Positions 36,920 to 49,749 are shown, numbered from the stretch's first letter. The stretch: 64,000 nt of DNA from Okamejei kenojei (GCA_035221665.1 CM069131.1:170004001-170068000); one strand, 5' to 3'. Made by a program: numbers and translations. The notes: generated by a model not told the origin, from the sequence alone.

Positions 36920-37950
36920 GTAGAAGAGTCTATTCTAATCGATGCTCTGGGTTCCAGTAGACTTTGTGAAAAGCCCAAACATACTCAAGCCTCTGACGCT
37001 AATTGCCCACTTAAAACAAAGAGTCAAACGAGCAATGTCAAAGCTGCTCTGGAATTACCTGCTGGAATTGCAGTGATGCACCTGTCCATGCAATAGCTGC
37101 ATTGTCCTTGATATTCTATTATATTTTACGTACCTCGCTATATGCTTAGTTTGACATACAACCCGGTAGAATCATACAGCTGACCTCACCTAGGCAGGAC
37201 ATGAGTCGTCACGTTTCAGGCGTCGACAAAGTTACTAAAAGTTAATCGAAGGGTTTTGTCAGCTGCTCGCAGTGGATAACCAGGCCTGCTGCCGCACGTG
37301 GCCGCGGCTGTCCCCCTCCCCCTGCCAGGTCCCCCCTTTCATCTCAGCACCCCTTCTGCCAGGTCCGCCCTTCAATTTACAATTTTATCCACGGTTCACT
37401 CTCAGTAATTTCACATCTCTGCATTTAATAGAGGACAGGATAGGCTCTAGTGGTTAGTTGGGCTACAGGGGTCCATGGAACCATAGTACACTGAGATTAA
37501 ACTTGAGTTTGAATTTAGTTTATTGTCGTGTGTACTGAGGTACATTGAAAAGCATTTTTTACGTGCGAACCAGTCAGCAGGGGTGACAATACCTGATTAC
37601 AATCAAGCCATCCAAGTATACAGATACATGATGAAAGGAATAATGTTTAGTGCAAGATAAAGTCCATTAAAGTTTGATCAAAGATCGTCCAAGGGTCTCC
37701 AAAGAGATAATAGTCCAGGTGATAGGATTATTCAGTTGCCTGATAACAGCTATGAAGAAATTGTTCCTGTAGCTGGAGGGGTGCGTTTTAACACTTCTAT
37801 ACCTCTTACCTGATGGGACAGGAGAGGGCGCGGCCAGGGTGCAATTCGTCCTTGATTGTGTTGGTGGCCTTGCCGTGGCAGTGTGTGGTGTAAATTGGTA
37901 GAGATTATTATCATGCTGTGATTTGTTTATTTTCTTTTTCTCTTATTCAG

Positions 37951-38023
37951 CCCTCATCCTGTATGAGAACTATTACAATGGACAGAGAGGAGTAACTCCG
38001 AGCCGAGCTCCTGCAAACCCCAG
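37951..38023 (+). CDS. PSTPIP2: PSTPIP2 coding exon (73 nt, phase 1-2): ALILYENYYNGQRGVTPSRAPANPR
   Basis: Long polypyrimidine tract ending ttattcAG; CAG|GTGAGA donor. Matches human APIMYENFY. Confidence 0.9.
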
Positions 38024-38202
38024 GTGAGAGGTATAAATAGTAAGCCAAAGCAAGGGCTTTTGGCATTGTCTACTCTTTTTGATCACATTTTTTTTGATCT
38101 GTGGCTGAGGTTTTGTTTTGCATTTGTTCTGGAAATGGACTTAAAATAAGACTCGGAACACACAGGTATTGAACGTGCTTGTATTCATGTTATCGCCATC
38201 TT

Positions 38203-39625
38203 AACCATATAACCATATAACAATTACAGCTCGGAAACAGGCCCTCTCGGCCCTTCCAGTCCGTGCCGACCATTTGTTTTCCCCTAGTCCCACTAACTCG
38301 TCACCACTTCTGCCGGTAGCTGATTCCACACAGCCACCACCCTCTGAGTAAAGAAGTTCCCCCTCAGTTATCGAAACCTCTGTCCCTTAATTCTCATGTC
38401 AATCTTCCCTACCCTCACGTATCCACGTCAACTCTGTCTATCCCTTTCATCATTTTAAAGACCTCAATCAAGTCCCCCCTTAACCTTCTGCGCTCCAAAG
38501 AATAAAGACCTAACATGTTCAAACCTTTCTCTGTAACATAGTTGCTGGGAACCCTGGCAACATTTCTAGTAAATCTCCTCTGTTCTCTCTATTTTGTTGA
38601 CATCCTTCCTATAACTAGGCGACCAAATTGTACACCATACTCCAGAATTGGTCTTACCAATGCCTTGTACAAGCTCTGATTTATAAAGGCCCGCACACCA
38701 AAGGCTTTCTTTACCACCCTATTACATGCGATTCCACCTTCAGGGAACTATGCACAGTTATTCCTAGATCCCTCTGTTCCACAGCATTCCTCAATTCCCT
38801 ACCATTTACCATGTACGTCCTATTTTGATTTGTCCTGCCAAGATGTAGCACTTCACACTATCAGCATTAAACTCCATCTGCCATCTTTCAGCCCACTTTT
38901 CCAAATGGCCCAAATCTCTCTGTAGACTTGAAAATCAACTTCATTATCCACAACACACCTATCTTAGTATCATCTGCATACTTACTTATCCAATTTTCCA
39001 CCCCATCATCCAATCATTGATGTACATGACAAACAACAGTGGGATCCCTGAGGCGGTCACCGGCTTCCAACCTGACAAACAGCCATCCACCATTACTCTC
39101 TGACAATTCAGCCACTGTTGAATCCATCTTGCTACTCCGCCATTAACACCCAAAGATTGAACCTTCTTAACCAACCTTCCATGGAACCTTGTCAAAGGCC
39201 TTACTGAAATATATAGACAACATCCACTGTTTACCCTCATCAATTTCCCTAATTACCGCTTCAAAAAATTCAAGAAGGTTTGTCCAAACATGACCTTCCA
39301 GGCACAAATCCATGTTGACTGTTCCTGATCAGACCCTGTTTATCCATATGCTTATATATATTACCTCTAAGTATCCTTTCCATTAATTTGCCCACCACTG
39401 ACGTCAAACTAATAGGTCTATAATTGCTAGGTTTATTCTTTGAACCCTTTTTAAACAATGGAACAACATGCGCAGTACGCCAATCCTCCGGCACTATTCC
39501 CGTTTCTAATGACATTTGAAATATTTCTGTCATAGATCCTGCTATTTCTACACTAACTTCCCTCAATGTCCTAGGCAATACTTATCCACTTTTATATTTT
39601 TCAAAAGTGTCAGTACTTCCTCCTC
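38203..39625 (-). mobile_element. CR1 LINE (same subfamily as 3787-4745) with many short deletions
   Basis: (aaccatat)n tail at the left; ORF 39270-39578 reads IVPEDWRTAHVVPLFKKG...NYRPISLTSVVGKLME...SQHGF. Confidence 0.85.
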
Positions 39626-39759
39626 TTGAGTCTTCTGCGCATGCGTACAATCGCGCAAGTCATTCACAATTCTAATTCTCGTACACAACAGGTGTTCAGT
39701 TTTAGTTTGGTTTATTGTCATGTGTACCGAGCTTTTACTTTTACTGTGGGTGGCGAAAA

Positions 39760-39970
39760 GGGATGCCCGAGTTGCTGCATTACAGCGCTTGCAGCGGCAG
39801 AGACCCGGGTTCGATCCCAACTACAGAAGCTGTCTGTACGGAGTTTGTACGTTCCTCCCGTGACTTGCGTTGATTTTCTCCGAGATCTTCGGTTTCCGCC
39901 CACACTCCAAAGACGTACAGGTTTGTAGGTTAATTGGCTTGGTATAAGTGTAAATTGTCCCGAGTGTATG
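39760..39970 (+). mobile_element. tRNA-derived SINE (HE1-like), truncated by a CR1 tail (~39975-40135, - strand)
   Basis: B box GGGTTCGATCCC at ~39807-39818 and the shared SINE body. Confidence 0.75.
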
Positions 39971-40159
39971 TTTATAGAAACACAGAAAATGGGTGCAGGA
40001 GTAGGCCATTCGGCCCTTTGAGCCAGCGCCACCATTCAATATGATCATGGCTGATCATCCAAAATCAGTACCCCATTCATGCTTTTTCCCCATATCCCTT
40101 GATTCCTTTAGCCAGCCCCAAGAGCTAAATCTAACTAGTATTCACTTCATTTTCATTCA

Positions 40160-41775
40160 ATCAATCAATCAAAGACTTTATTGTCATTCAAAAATATACC
40201 AACAAATGCAAGTCTGAATGAAATGTTGTTGCATCTGGCTCACCGTGCAACATAAAATAACAAAAGGATAAAATAGATAAAAAGATAAAATAGATAAAAA
40301 GATAAAATAGGTAATAGTGGCGGCACATTATATAGAATTCAAGGGTCTGATGGCTCGGGGGAAGAAGCTGCTGCAAAACCTGGCCATTCTGCTCCTTATA
40401 CTGTAAGTAAGTAATTTTTATTTATATAGCACTTTTAAATCAAATCATGTTGACGCCAAAGTGCTTTACAGAGAAAACAATTAGATTACCATTCATCCAT
40501 ATAAAAAAAAAGAAGAAAAAATACACAATACACTATAGGATTCAACATGAACACCCCCCCCCCCCACAGCAGAATCAACACTTTCCACTGTGAGGGAAGG
40601 CACCAAAGTGTCCAGTCCTCCTCCTCCTCCTAGACCACCCGAGGTCGGGGCCTATTTGAGGCCTCAGCAGCCAGTTGCTGCAACCGTGGCCAGATGTTGT
40701 AGGCCCACCTGGCGGGAAGATAGAACACCGGCGTCGGGTGAAAAGTCCTCAACGGCATGGAAACGTCTGGAGCGGCCGCTCCCTCCCTGGAGACTGCGGC
40801 ACCCGAAGTCCTCAGGCCGCGCTGGTTGGAGCACCGACTCTGGCGATCTCGGATCCCAGGCTCCGCAGTGTTTTAAATCCAGCACCGCCTACGGCTGGAA
40901 GCCCTCAGCCACAGCTCCGCGATGTTGAGAATCGGCAGTCACAGCACTCTGGAGCCTGCCGCACGGTGACCCGGTAAGGCATCGCCCGCTCCATGATGGT
41001 GTCCCAGCGCTGTGCCGCCGCCGAAGCTGTAGTCCTGGCAGGAAACGCCGTTCCAGTCTGATGGTAGGCCGCACAGAGAGGACGAAGATGTGATTCGGAG
41101 GAAAACCGCAGAAATAAAGTTTCCCCCTTCCCCTCCCCCCACCCACCACATAAAAGAAGACCTACAACAAACATTTTGATCTAACAGGACTAAAAATAAA
41201 AATTAAAAAGGGTGAAGGGACGGACTGCAGCCAGAGCAGTCGTACACAACGGCGCCCCACTCCTGCAGTCCGCCATCTTGAACCTCTTGATACTGCGATA
41301 CATTTTGCCCGAGGGCAGCAGAGTGAACAGTCCATGATGGAGATGTGTGGGGGCTTTTATAATGCTGTTGGCCTTGGACAAGCAACGTTTGCACGCAATG
41401 TCCTGGATTGAAGGAAGAGAAGTCCCGATTTTTTTTTCAGCCGTCCTCACCACTCTCTGCACGGACTTCCAGTCGGAGGCTTTGCAGTCCCCAAACCAGA
41501 CAGAGATGCAGCTGGTCAAAATGCTCTCTATGGTTCCCCTGTAAAAAGTGGTGAGGACGGGATGGGGGAGGTGAGCTCTTCTCATCCGGCGCAGAAAGTG
41601 CAAACGCTGCTGCGCTCCTTTAACTAGTGATGCGATGTTTTGTGACCAGGTCAGACTGTTTGTGATCTGCACCCCCAGGAACTTAGTGCTACTAACCAAC
41701 TCCACATCTTTGTCATTAATGTGTAGTGGTGTGTGACTGTGCCGGTTTCTCCTGAAGTCAACGATGACCTCCTTT
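40160..41775 (-). mobile_element. Rex1/Babar fragment split by an 880-bp insertion
   Basis: ORF 41190-41705 reads TKFLGVQI...AQQRLHFLRR...TFYRGTIESILTSCISVWFG...LLPSGKMYRSIK. The C-terminus resumes left of 40403. Confidence 0.8.
40404..41283 (-). mobile_element. Non-autonomous non-coding retroelement with a CAAGATGGCG head and an L2-like 3' tail
   Basis: Imperfect 12-bp TSD ctccttatactg (40392-40403) and ctcttgatactg (41284-41295). Minus strand begins GTTCAAGATGGCGG and ends ctgtaaagcactttgg...aagtgctatataaataaaaattacttactta. Confidence 0.7.
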
Positions 41776-41914
41776 GTTTTGTCAATTCTGGATCAGATTG
41801 TTCATATCGCGGTGAAACTTTATAAGTAATGTCACAATGAACGGCTGCCATCTGCCAAGTTTTTTGGGCTTTGTAAGAGAGAGATAACTCACAATCGTCT
41901 TTTTTTTTCATCAG

Positions 41915-41949
41915 ACGCGTGCCTCTACCAAGCCCTGAGAGTTCAGAGT
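41915..41949 (+). CDS. PSTPIP2: PSTPIP2 micro-exon (35 nt, phase 2-1): (R)RVPLPSPESSE
   Basis: tttttttttcatcAG acceptor and GTAAGT donor. Matches human RRGPLPIPKSSP; phases fit both neighbouring exons. Confidence 0.85.
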
Positions 41950-42438
41950 GTAAGTAGACATCCTTAATAAATTAAAATCATTTACCATTTAATCAGTTTT
42001 CTATGGACTGGTTTTAGACCGATTGTTCTTACCTTATTCTTGGGACACAAGGAGTGGTGATAGGACCCAAACTGAGAATCAGTCTGGTAAACGTCTTCTT
42101 CATCTTCTCCGAAGCCTTCACATCCTTCCTGTATTGAGGCGACCAGAACTGCACGCAATACTCCAAATGCCAACCAAAGTCCAACAAAACTTCTAAATGA
42201 TTTCCTGACTCTTACACTCAATGCCACAACTGATGAAGGGAATCATATCACACACCTACTTTACCACTCTTTGACTTGTGTTGCCACTTTCAGGAAGCTA
42301 TAGACCTGGACCTCAAGATCATGTCAAGCACTTAGTCCCGTCCCCCGTCCCCCCCCTCCCCACCACTAAACAACAGTAATAACAACCTTAGAAATCAATG
42401 TTCTTAACCACCTCTCTCTGTTCCTTCTTTTAATGCAG

Positions 42439-42497
42439 GTGAACCACAATATGCCACTGTTGGAGGCAATGGTTACAGTTTCATTCGGTACCATTAG
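42439..42497 (+). CDS. PSTPIP2: PSTPIP2 last coding exon: (C)EPQYATVGGNGYSFIRYH*; the exon continues to a donor at 42502
   Basis: ttccttcttttaatgcAG acceptor, TAG at 42495-42497, GTAAGT at 42502. The three-tyrosine tail resembles human DDPNYSLVDDYSLLYQ*. Confidence 0.85.
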
Positions 42498-42654
42498 CAG
42501 CGTAAGTACCTCCTGCTTCTCATCCCCCGTCTCCAGCCCTCGCAAATCCCTGATTACCAATTCTCCTGGCAGAAATCATTCTTCATTGCTGCTTTTCTGG
42601 TCATTCTTCACGTGGATCTACATTTCCATTTTGGCCCGTCTGGTCCACTTTGTC

Positions 42655-43258
42655 TGAAACATAGAAAATAGGTGCAGGAGGAGGCCATTTGGCCCTTCGA
42701 GCCAGCACCGCCATTCATTGTGATCATGGCTGATCGTCCCGTAACAATAACCCGTGCCTGCCTTCTCCCCATATCCCTTGACTCCACTAGCCCCTAGAGC
42801 TCTATCTAACTCTCTCTTAAATCCATCCAGTGACTTGGCCTCCACTGTCCTCTGTGGCTGGGAATTCCATAAATTCACAACTCTCTGGGTGAAAAAGTTT
42901 CTTCTCACCTCAGTCTTAAATGACCTCCCCTGTATTCTAAGACTGTGGCCCCTGGTTCTGGACTCGCCCAACATTGGGAACATTTTTCCTGCATCTAGGA
43001 CCTTATAAATTATATAAGGACTGCACACAGTCCTTATATAATTTTATATGTTTCTATAAGATTCCCCCTCATCCTTCTAAACTCCAGTGAATACAAGCCT
43101 CGTCTTTTCAATCTTTGCTCATATGACAGTCCCACCATCCCAGGGATCAATCTCGTGAACCTACGCTGCCTCAATCACAAGGATGTCGTTCCTCAAATTA
43201 GGAGACCAAAACTGTACACAATACTCCAGATGTGGTCTCACCCAGAGCCCTATACAAT
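42655..43258 (-). mobile_element. Young CR1 3' end
   Basis: Nearly identical to 2637-3305; ORF 42618-43028. Confidence 0.85.
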
Positions 43259-46200
43259 CTGACTAAGGAATCCTATTTTCCCAGTAACCCATTGTCTCCC
43301 CATATGCTACCAATCACCTGCACTTGTGGAAATATTTGCTACTCAGCACAAATGTGAATGCTATGTCGGCATCTTGCCTTTAGCGGTGACTTACACCACT
43401 CCTGACGTATTCTTCTGTACTTCTCATTGAACTGGAGTTGATCTCTTTGCTTGATTGCAGTGGTGGAGTGAGATATGTGCTTAGCGAGATTACAAACTGA
43501 CGATCGGATCTGTTCTGAGTCAATACCAGGGAAGAAGGCAGGAGAATGGGGTTGAGGGTAAAAAATAGATCAGCTGTGATCGAATGGCGGAGCAGACTCG
43601 ATGGGCCGAATGGCCCGATTCTGCTCCTCTGTCTTATGATCCCATTTAACACCATTGCATTGCCATGCAGCTTGACACTCATCAGGAAACATGGAACGGG
43701 CTGGGACGCTCCATTTTCAATGAAAATAAATTGAAGAATAACCTTAGAGGTGCTTGATTTTGTGAAAAGCTTTGGGCAAGTTAGAAGACATTCTGGTTAT
43801 ATTCACCAATACAATGTAGGGGCAATAAATAGACAATGACCACTAATTAATCCATCCAAGCATCAAGAGGAAATCTCTTCACCAAAAAAATTGGTCAGAA
43901 TGTGAAACTTACTACATGTTTAGTTGAATATAGATCCACGAGAGAAAGTTGGGTTGTGTACATGGGGGCAAAGCTGGAGAAGAATTTTATGTGTCTGATG
44001 CGGAGGCATAGGGTGGAGACAAGTGTAAGGATTCTATGCATAAACACATTTTTCTGTACTAATTTAACTGAAGGGCCGAATGGCCTACTCCTGCACCTAT
44101 TGTCTATTGTCGATATGACACCACATTGGACATGCGTTCTGCATTGCAATGTGACTTCATTTGCTGAGAGTAGAAGTCATATTTAATATTCCTTTCTCCT
44201 TAATCATTCATGTTTCCAAAACATCACAGGATGCTTCAAGTTATTAGAAAGGTGACAAACTCTCAACCACTTTTGTTTTTTGTTTGTATACTAAATCACA
44301 TAATAGTGTACAAATAAGTTTTGTACACCAGCTTTCTAGTTTTCTATAGAGCAGCGTGAGTTGTTACAGAATGTAGGATATCTGGGCCTATATTATAATT
44401 TCCTGAGTTCTTTTAGCATTTCTATAGAGAACTGACATGTCAATCTGTATGTTCCAAATTATTCAGAAAAGTTGTTAGTACATGCAGTGGGAGTTTGGCA
44501 AGTTGTATCTGAATGGTGCCCTTTTTACATGCAATATAACTTGCATTTTATTATATGTATAGCTTCCTATCCTGTCTCATTTATGCAGTTTTTTTTCCAG
44601 AATGTTTGTGTATGATTTATGTACAATTTGTTTTGGAGTGTTTGAGTATATGTGCCTGTGATGCTGTTGCAAGCAAGATTTTTATTGTCTCTGTACCTCA
44701 TTGTACTTGTGCATATGACAGTAAACTTGACTTGACACATTTAATACCGTCAGATCTTCCAAAGTGCATTATGAGAGTGATAATTTAACAAAATTTATAC
44801 CGTCAAATAAGCAAGTGCTGGATCGGATTATCTACATGTAGATTATCTTTGTAAAACATTGCCAAATGCTTGTATTACAGGTTACACCCGGGATCTCGAC
44901 AGCACAAATGCCAACAGATGCTCCGTGATGGTGGTCACCAAGAGATGGATGGGTTTATGATTTCTTTATTAATCTCTTCCCTTCTCTTTCCTCTCTCCAC
45001 CCCGTCGAACCATCTGACTATTTTCACAAATGGCCTTTATGGCTTTGCTAGTTAAATCTATGTAGGAAGTTCCCAATTAAATCTCCCCTCTAATGCTGAC
45101 TGATCAAGGGTTGATTGGCGGTAAGAGTTTTAGAATTGGTCTCTGTGCCATTGGCTTAAAATGAGATGAATCAGTCATGCCTGCACTTACTAATACAGGG
45201 ATGTTGAAACCAATAACCTACTCGCACTTCTTAAATCTGCATTAAGCTGGTGGAAGAAAATAAAAGTAAGATAAAGGCTCTTCTGCAATGTACAAGGAGC
45301 TGCCATCTAATAAGGAAGAAATGGTAATTCTGCATAATTCAACGTTGAAGCATGTTGAAAGATAGCATTTCCTAGCATTGAACGAAAATATATAATTGAT
45401 GTGGTTTGTTAATGGTGTCCAGTATGTGCATTCTCAATAGCAATTGGTACAATAGTTTATGGGGGAGTGAGGGGGGGGGGACACAAACTGGAGAGGTGTG
45501 GAGTATGGGTGGTTGGAATATGTAAATTGAATGATATTGGTGTTGGTGGATTTTTTGGGGGGAGAGGAAACTGGATTAAACTTTTTTGTGTATATATTTG
45601 GTATGCTTGCTAACCTCCATATAACAGTGGACAAGATAAAAATGACTTGCATCCCTGCTTTCTTAGTGTTGACAATCTGCCCTGAAGCATTGGAGTGTTT
45701 TTTAAATGAACGAGTCTTGCTTTCTGCAAGGAGGCTATTGTTTGGTGCCAGCACGTGTACACTGAGATACTAGAGGAAGTCAGTCCCTTACCTTCTACTA
45801 CTGGTGATTCCAGTCTTTCAATCCTTGCAAAAACAAGGAACAGCAGATGCTGGTTCACCAAGGAAAGACACAAAATGCTGGAGTAAATCAGCAGGTCAGG
45901 CAGCATCTCTGGAGAACAGATAGATGACGTCTCGGGTCAGACAGAAAATAGGTCCCGACGCAAAACATCACCTATCCATATTCTCCAGGGATGCTGCCTG
46001 ACAAGCTGAGTTACTCCAGCATTTTGTTTCTTTTAAACCCTTGCCCCTTTCCTTAAATCAAAATATTCTTGAGTCTGCTGTTTCCATTTTGCATGTCTGC
46101 CAACTTGCAGTTGAAAAAATAACCTTAAATGGGCATGGGTAGGTCGAATTAACAGGGACTATTCATTTACCTGTCACTGTAATTCATAAGTCCTTCACAT

Positions 46201-49140
46201 TCACAAGACATTGAATTCGCTGCGCTATTTTGTGCACTGTAAGTTTTTGTACAGCTTATTTCTTGTGTAAATTGTATTTGTATTAACAATGTAATTAGTT
46301 TGAAGAGTGACTGTCATGTTTTTTTTCCCCAAGACCAGCTCAAAGCTGGAAACAATTTCAGACGTTTAATTTACTTACAATATGTGACCCAATTGCTGTG
46401 TTAAAAGATCTTTCACTTGGTATCCTGGGCGAATCTGAGGAACGTTGGACACGGTCACCATTACAGTGCAGTTCATTTTTCCTTGGAGTTCTTATTGTTT
46501 AGCTAATTTAAAATAAAGGTAAATTATGTTCCAAGCACAGCAGTGGAGCTTATGCTTTTGCAGATTGGATTGACTTTGTACCTGGCTCCTATCAGGGACT
46601 TAGGTCTATGGTGCCTACCGTAACAGGCAGACCTTTAAATACTGTCAAATCTATATTTTAAACATGATCTTAACAAAAAGAATAACTGGATATCAAGAAC
46701 CATGGTAAATATTGTTATATGAATTTACTTGTAATATTTTTGTAACTAAGTTACTGTTGATTTGAATAAAAACACAAAATGCTGGAAATGCTCAGCAGGC
46801 CTTGCTGCATCTGTGGGAAGAGGGACAGAGCTGATGATTCGGTTTAGAGACTGATGTTAGAGGTTAGCTTAGAGACAGGTTCGTCAAAATGATGATTGGC
46901 TTGTTTTTCCTTTCTAAGTTGTTCCAGATCCCCTCCAGAATATTTTCTCACTTGCAGGTCACATCAAAGAGTTGGACTGTTTTTACAAGTTAGCCTTCTC
47001 TGATTTTGTTGTGATTCCTTGCAATGACCTGGCAAGCTGCAAGTAATGACCTGGCAAGCTGCAATCTTGATTAGAATTCTTGATTAGAACGGGTGTCAAG
47101 GGTTATGGGGAGAAAGCAGGAAAATAGGACTGAATGGCAGAGAAGACTCGATGGGTCGAATGGCCTGATTCTACTACAATAACTTGTGAACTTGTAAAGT
47201 GGAAAAATTAAACAGGATTTTGGAAACATCGCTTAACTGCTGGACAAGAGTAATCTCGTTTTATTTTCTGACGCTTACTTACGCATCAATGGGTTTATTT
47301 AATTTCACTTTCACATCTTGGTGGGATTTGAACCAAAGTGTTAGTCTGAGTGCCACAACTGCCAGAATGGATGGCGTGGATAAACAGTATAAATTCTGGC
47401 ACTTTTCTTTCTCCTTATTAAATAAAACACTTGACACTATAGACATCCATGAACAGCAGAACAATGCAGACTAGGAATTCTTAGTTCAGTCTCCTGTCCC
47501 CAACGTCTGACCTCTACTCTGGTTAGAGGTGCAAATATTGGACTTGAAACCATTTGGCTTGGGAGCAAAATTGGCCTCGCCCAGTTATAACTGTAGTGAT
47601 AACTGAATGCACCTAATGGCTGAAATAACATTAAGAAATTAGTTGTGTTTTTACGGTGGGATTTCTGGTTATCATTACTGATCTGAGCTTTTTATTCCAT
47701 TTATTTAAATTCTGCATCTGTCGCCAATAATAAAATGCAATGGAATATTACTGTAGTGTTATATCAACATAAAACAAATATTATAACTGCAGAATTGAAG
47801 GTCGTATCTTCACATTATACGAAAATGATCCACCAATATGGTGCTCCACTGTTCCAATGCTGGCCATCACAGAACATCCTTATGGCATGCATGATAACAA
47901 TTCTATCGAATATTGGTAGATGATGCCTGCACTCCACAAATAAATTAGAAAATTGACATGGTTGGAGAGGAAGTGAAAGAAGCCTCAGTGGTTAGGCTAC
48001 CTCAGATGAAGGAGTTTTATCTGTTGCTAAGAAGGCATACAGGGATATTAAAAAAACTATACTGCTAAATATTCAGTTTAAGATTAGATAGAATAGAAGA
48101 TTAAGATCTGCAATTTTTCTTCCATCCTGCCTCCATCCTTTGAATCTTTTTCAACCAAAGAAAGAAAGTTAGTTGGATTTTTGAAGATTCTTATAGCTTT
48201 CAAATTTGGAAAATAAATTTGCACCCGATTTGGAAAACTAAACAAATACATTGCCTGCCTCCAATCTAAACAAACGTTGTTTCTATAAGTTGCTGAGAAT
48301 AGAACAAACCATTGGTAAAGATGGTTCGACAACCATAGGCTCAACTCTCTCCTGGTTTCTTAACACCTCAAAAGATTGGAACCATCTACATAAGAACAAA
48401 TGCCAGCATACCTCATGATCATACCTCAGGATGCCAGCATACCTCATTGTAAGGGACAGGTATATGGGAGCGGGAAACCTGGCAGATTTATCCCCCCAGA
48501 AAATTGAGCCACGTTAAATTGAAGGCGGTGAAGAGGAAGACTGTTTCAATATCTAAAGCTTACAATAACTTTGGAAAAAATGGTAAGCCAGTATGAGTTG
48601 GAATTGAAGCACATATTTACTTGCACTGTATGAATGCAATGAAATAAATAAATCATTTTTTCTGTTGAATGGTATTTTACTTTCAAAAGTTACAATGGCA
48701 ACTGTACCATCCATTTTCACTGCCAAATAAGTTACATTTCAGGATCAATACAAGTTAATAAAACTACTTATCCATCTTATACATTACATTTCCACAGCTA
48801 AATATTTAAATCTGGCAACAAAGTACATTCTACTCACCAATAATAAAATGCAACGGAATATTACTGTAATGTTATATCAGCATAAGTATTATAACATTAC
48901 TTATTGCTCTCCCTACCTCCCACCCCAGTCTGCTGTGCCACCCTTTAACATCATGGCCAAACTTCTGCCTTAGCACCACTTTTCTGTCGAATCCCCAGCA
49001 AGAACATAACATTAAATTCTTATTACATCACATTTCATGCTTTCTAAGTACAGTATAAATAAAAGTGCAAACAAATTACAGTACCTGTAAAACACATACA
49101 CACTCACATCAATATGCAATTCCTCACATTAAAACGTCTG

Positions 49141-49146
49141 TTTATT
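49141..49146 (-). terminator. Candidate poly(A) signal for NICOL1
   Basis: AATAAA on - about 380 nt downstream of the stop codon, in AT-rich unique sequence. Not proven. Confidence 0.4.
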
Positions 49147-49528
49147 TGATAGGGGTATACTGGGTATAGATTTTAAATAATTTAGGTGCGGTGGAGTGAG
49201 AGGAGGGGAAGGAAAACATTCAGGAGATGGAATGGTAAATAAAGGAAAAAAGGTAAAGGAACTTGGTGAAAACATGACACAGGAGAAATCCAAACAACAG
49301 CAGCTTCATAAATTGAAATATTCAATGTTTTTTTTAAAAGACTGGTTATGTATTATAATCAAATACATTAGATATCTGCAGTGACATGTAAAGTTTAATA
49401 TATCCCCAGCTAAACTAACCTTCAACCACATTCTCATCAACATAGTTCACTTGTATGTGTGCCACATGATTCAAAGGGCTCTATACTGAACAAAGTGTCG
49501 TGGTATTTCATTGCTCCAATTCCTCAGT

Positions 49529-49594
49529 CTATAGGTTTGAAGGCAGGCAGTCACACAAAGCCCGCTTTTCCACTCTCAGGAGCAGGTCATTCGT
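49529..49594 (-). CDS. NICOL1: NICOL1/C4orf48 last coding exon (66 nt): TNDLLLRVEKRALCDCLPSNL*
   Basis: Minus-strand acceptor atatttgcAG; TAG at 49529-49531. Matches human TETLLLQAERRALCACWP. Confidence 0.92.
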   Translation of the reverse strand, partial: TNDLLLRVEKRALCDCLPSNL

Positions 49595-49749
49595 CTGCAA
49601 ATATACAGATGATAACGTTACTCTTAAACAAGTGTCAAAACATATGGTCATATAGTGGCAAATATATCCAACTTGTAAATGCTGCTTATAATAAAAACAG
49701 AACATTCCAAAAATATGAACGATCTTTAACCTGAAATGTTAACACACGT

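Noticed and set aside
43384-43430. Alternative last coding exon SVTYTTPDVFFCTSH*
   Set aside because: The exon at 42439 has a stronger acceptor and matches the three-tyrosine PSTPIP2 tail much better. This segment may instead be non-coding 3' exon sequence.
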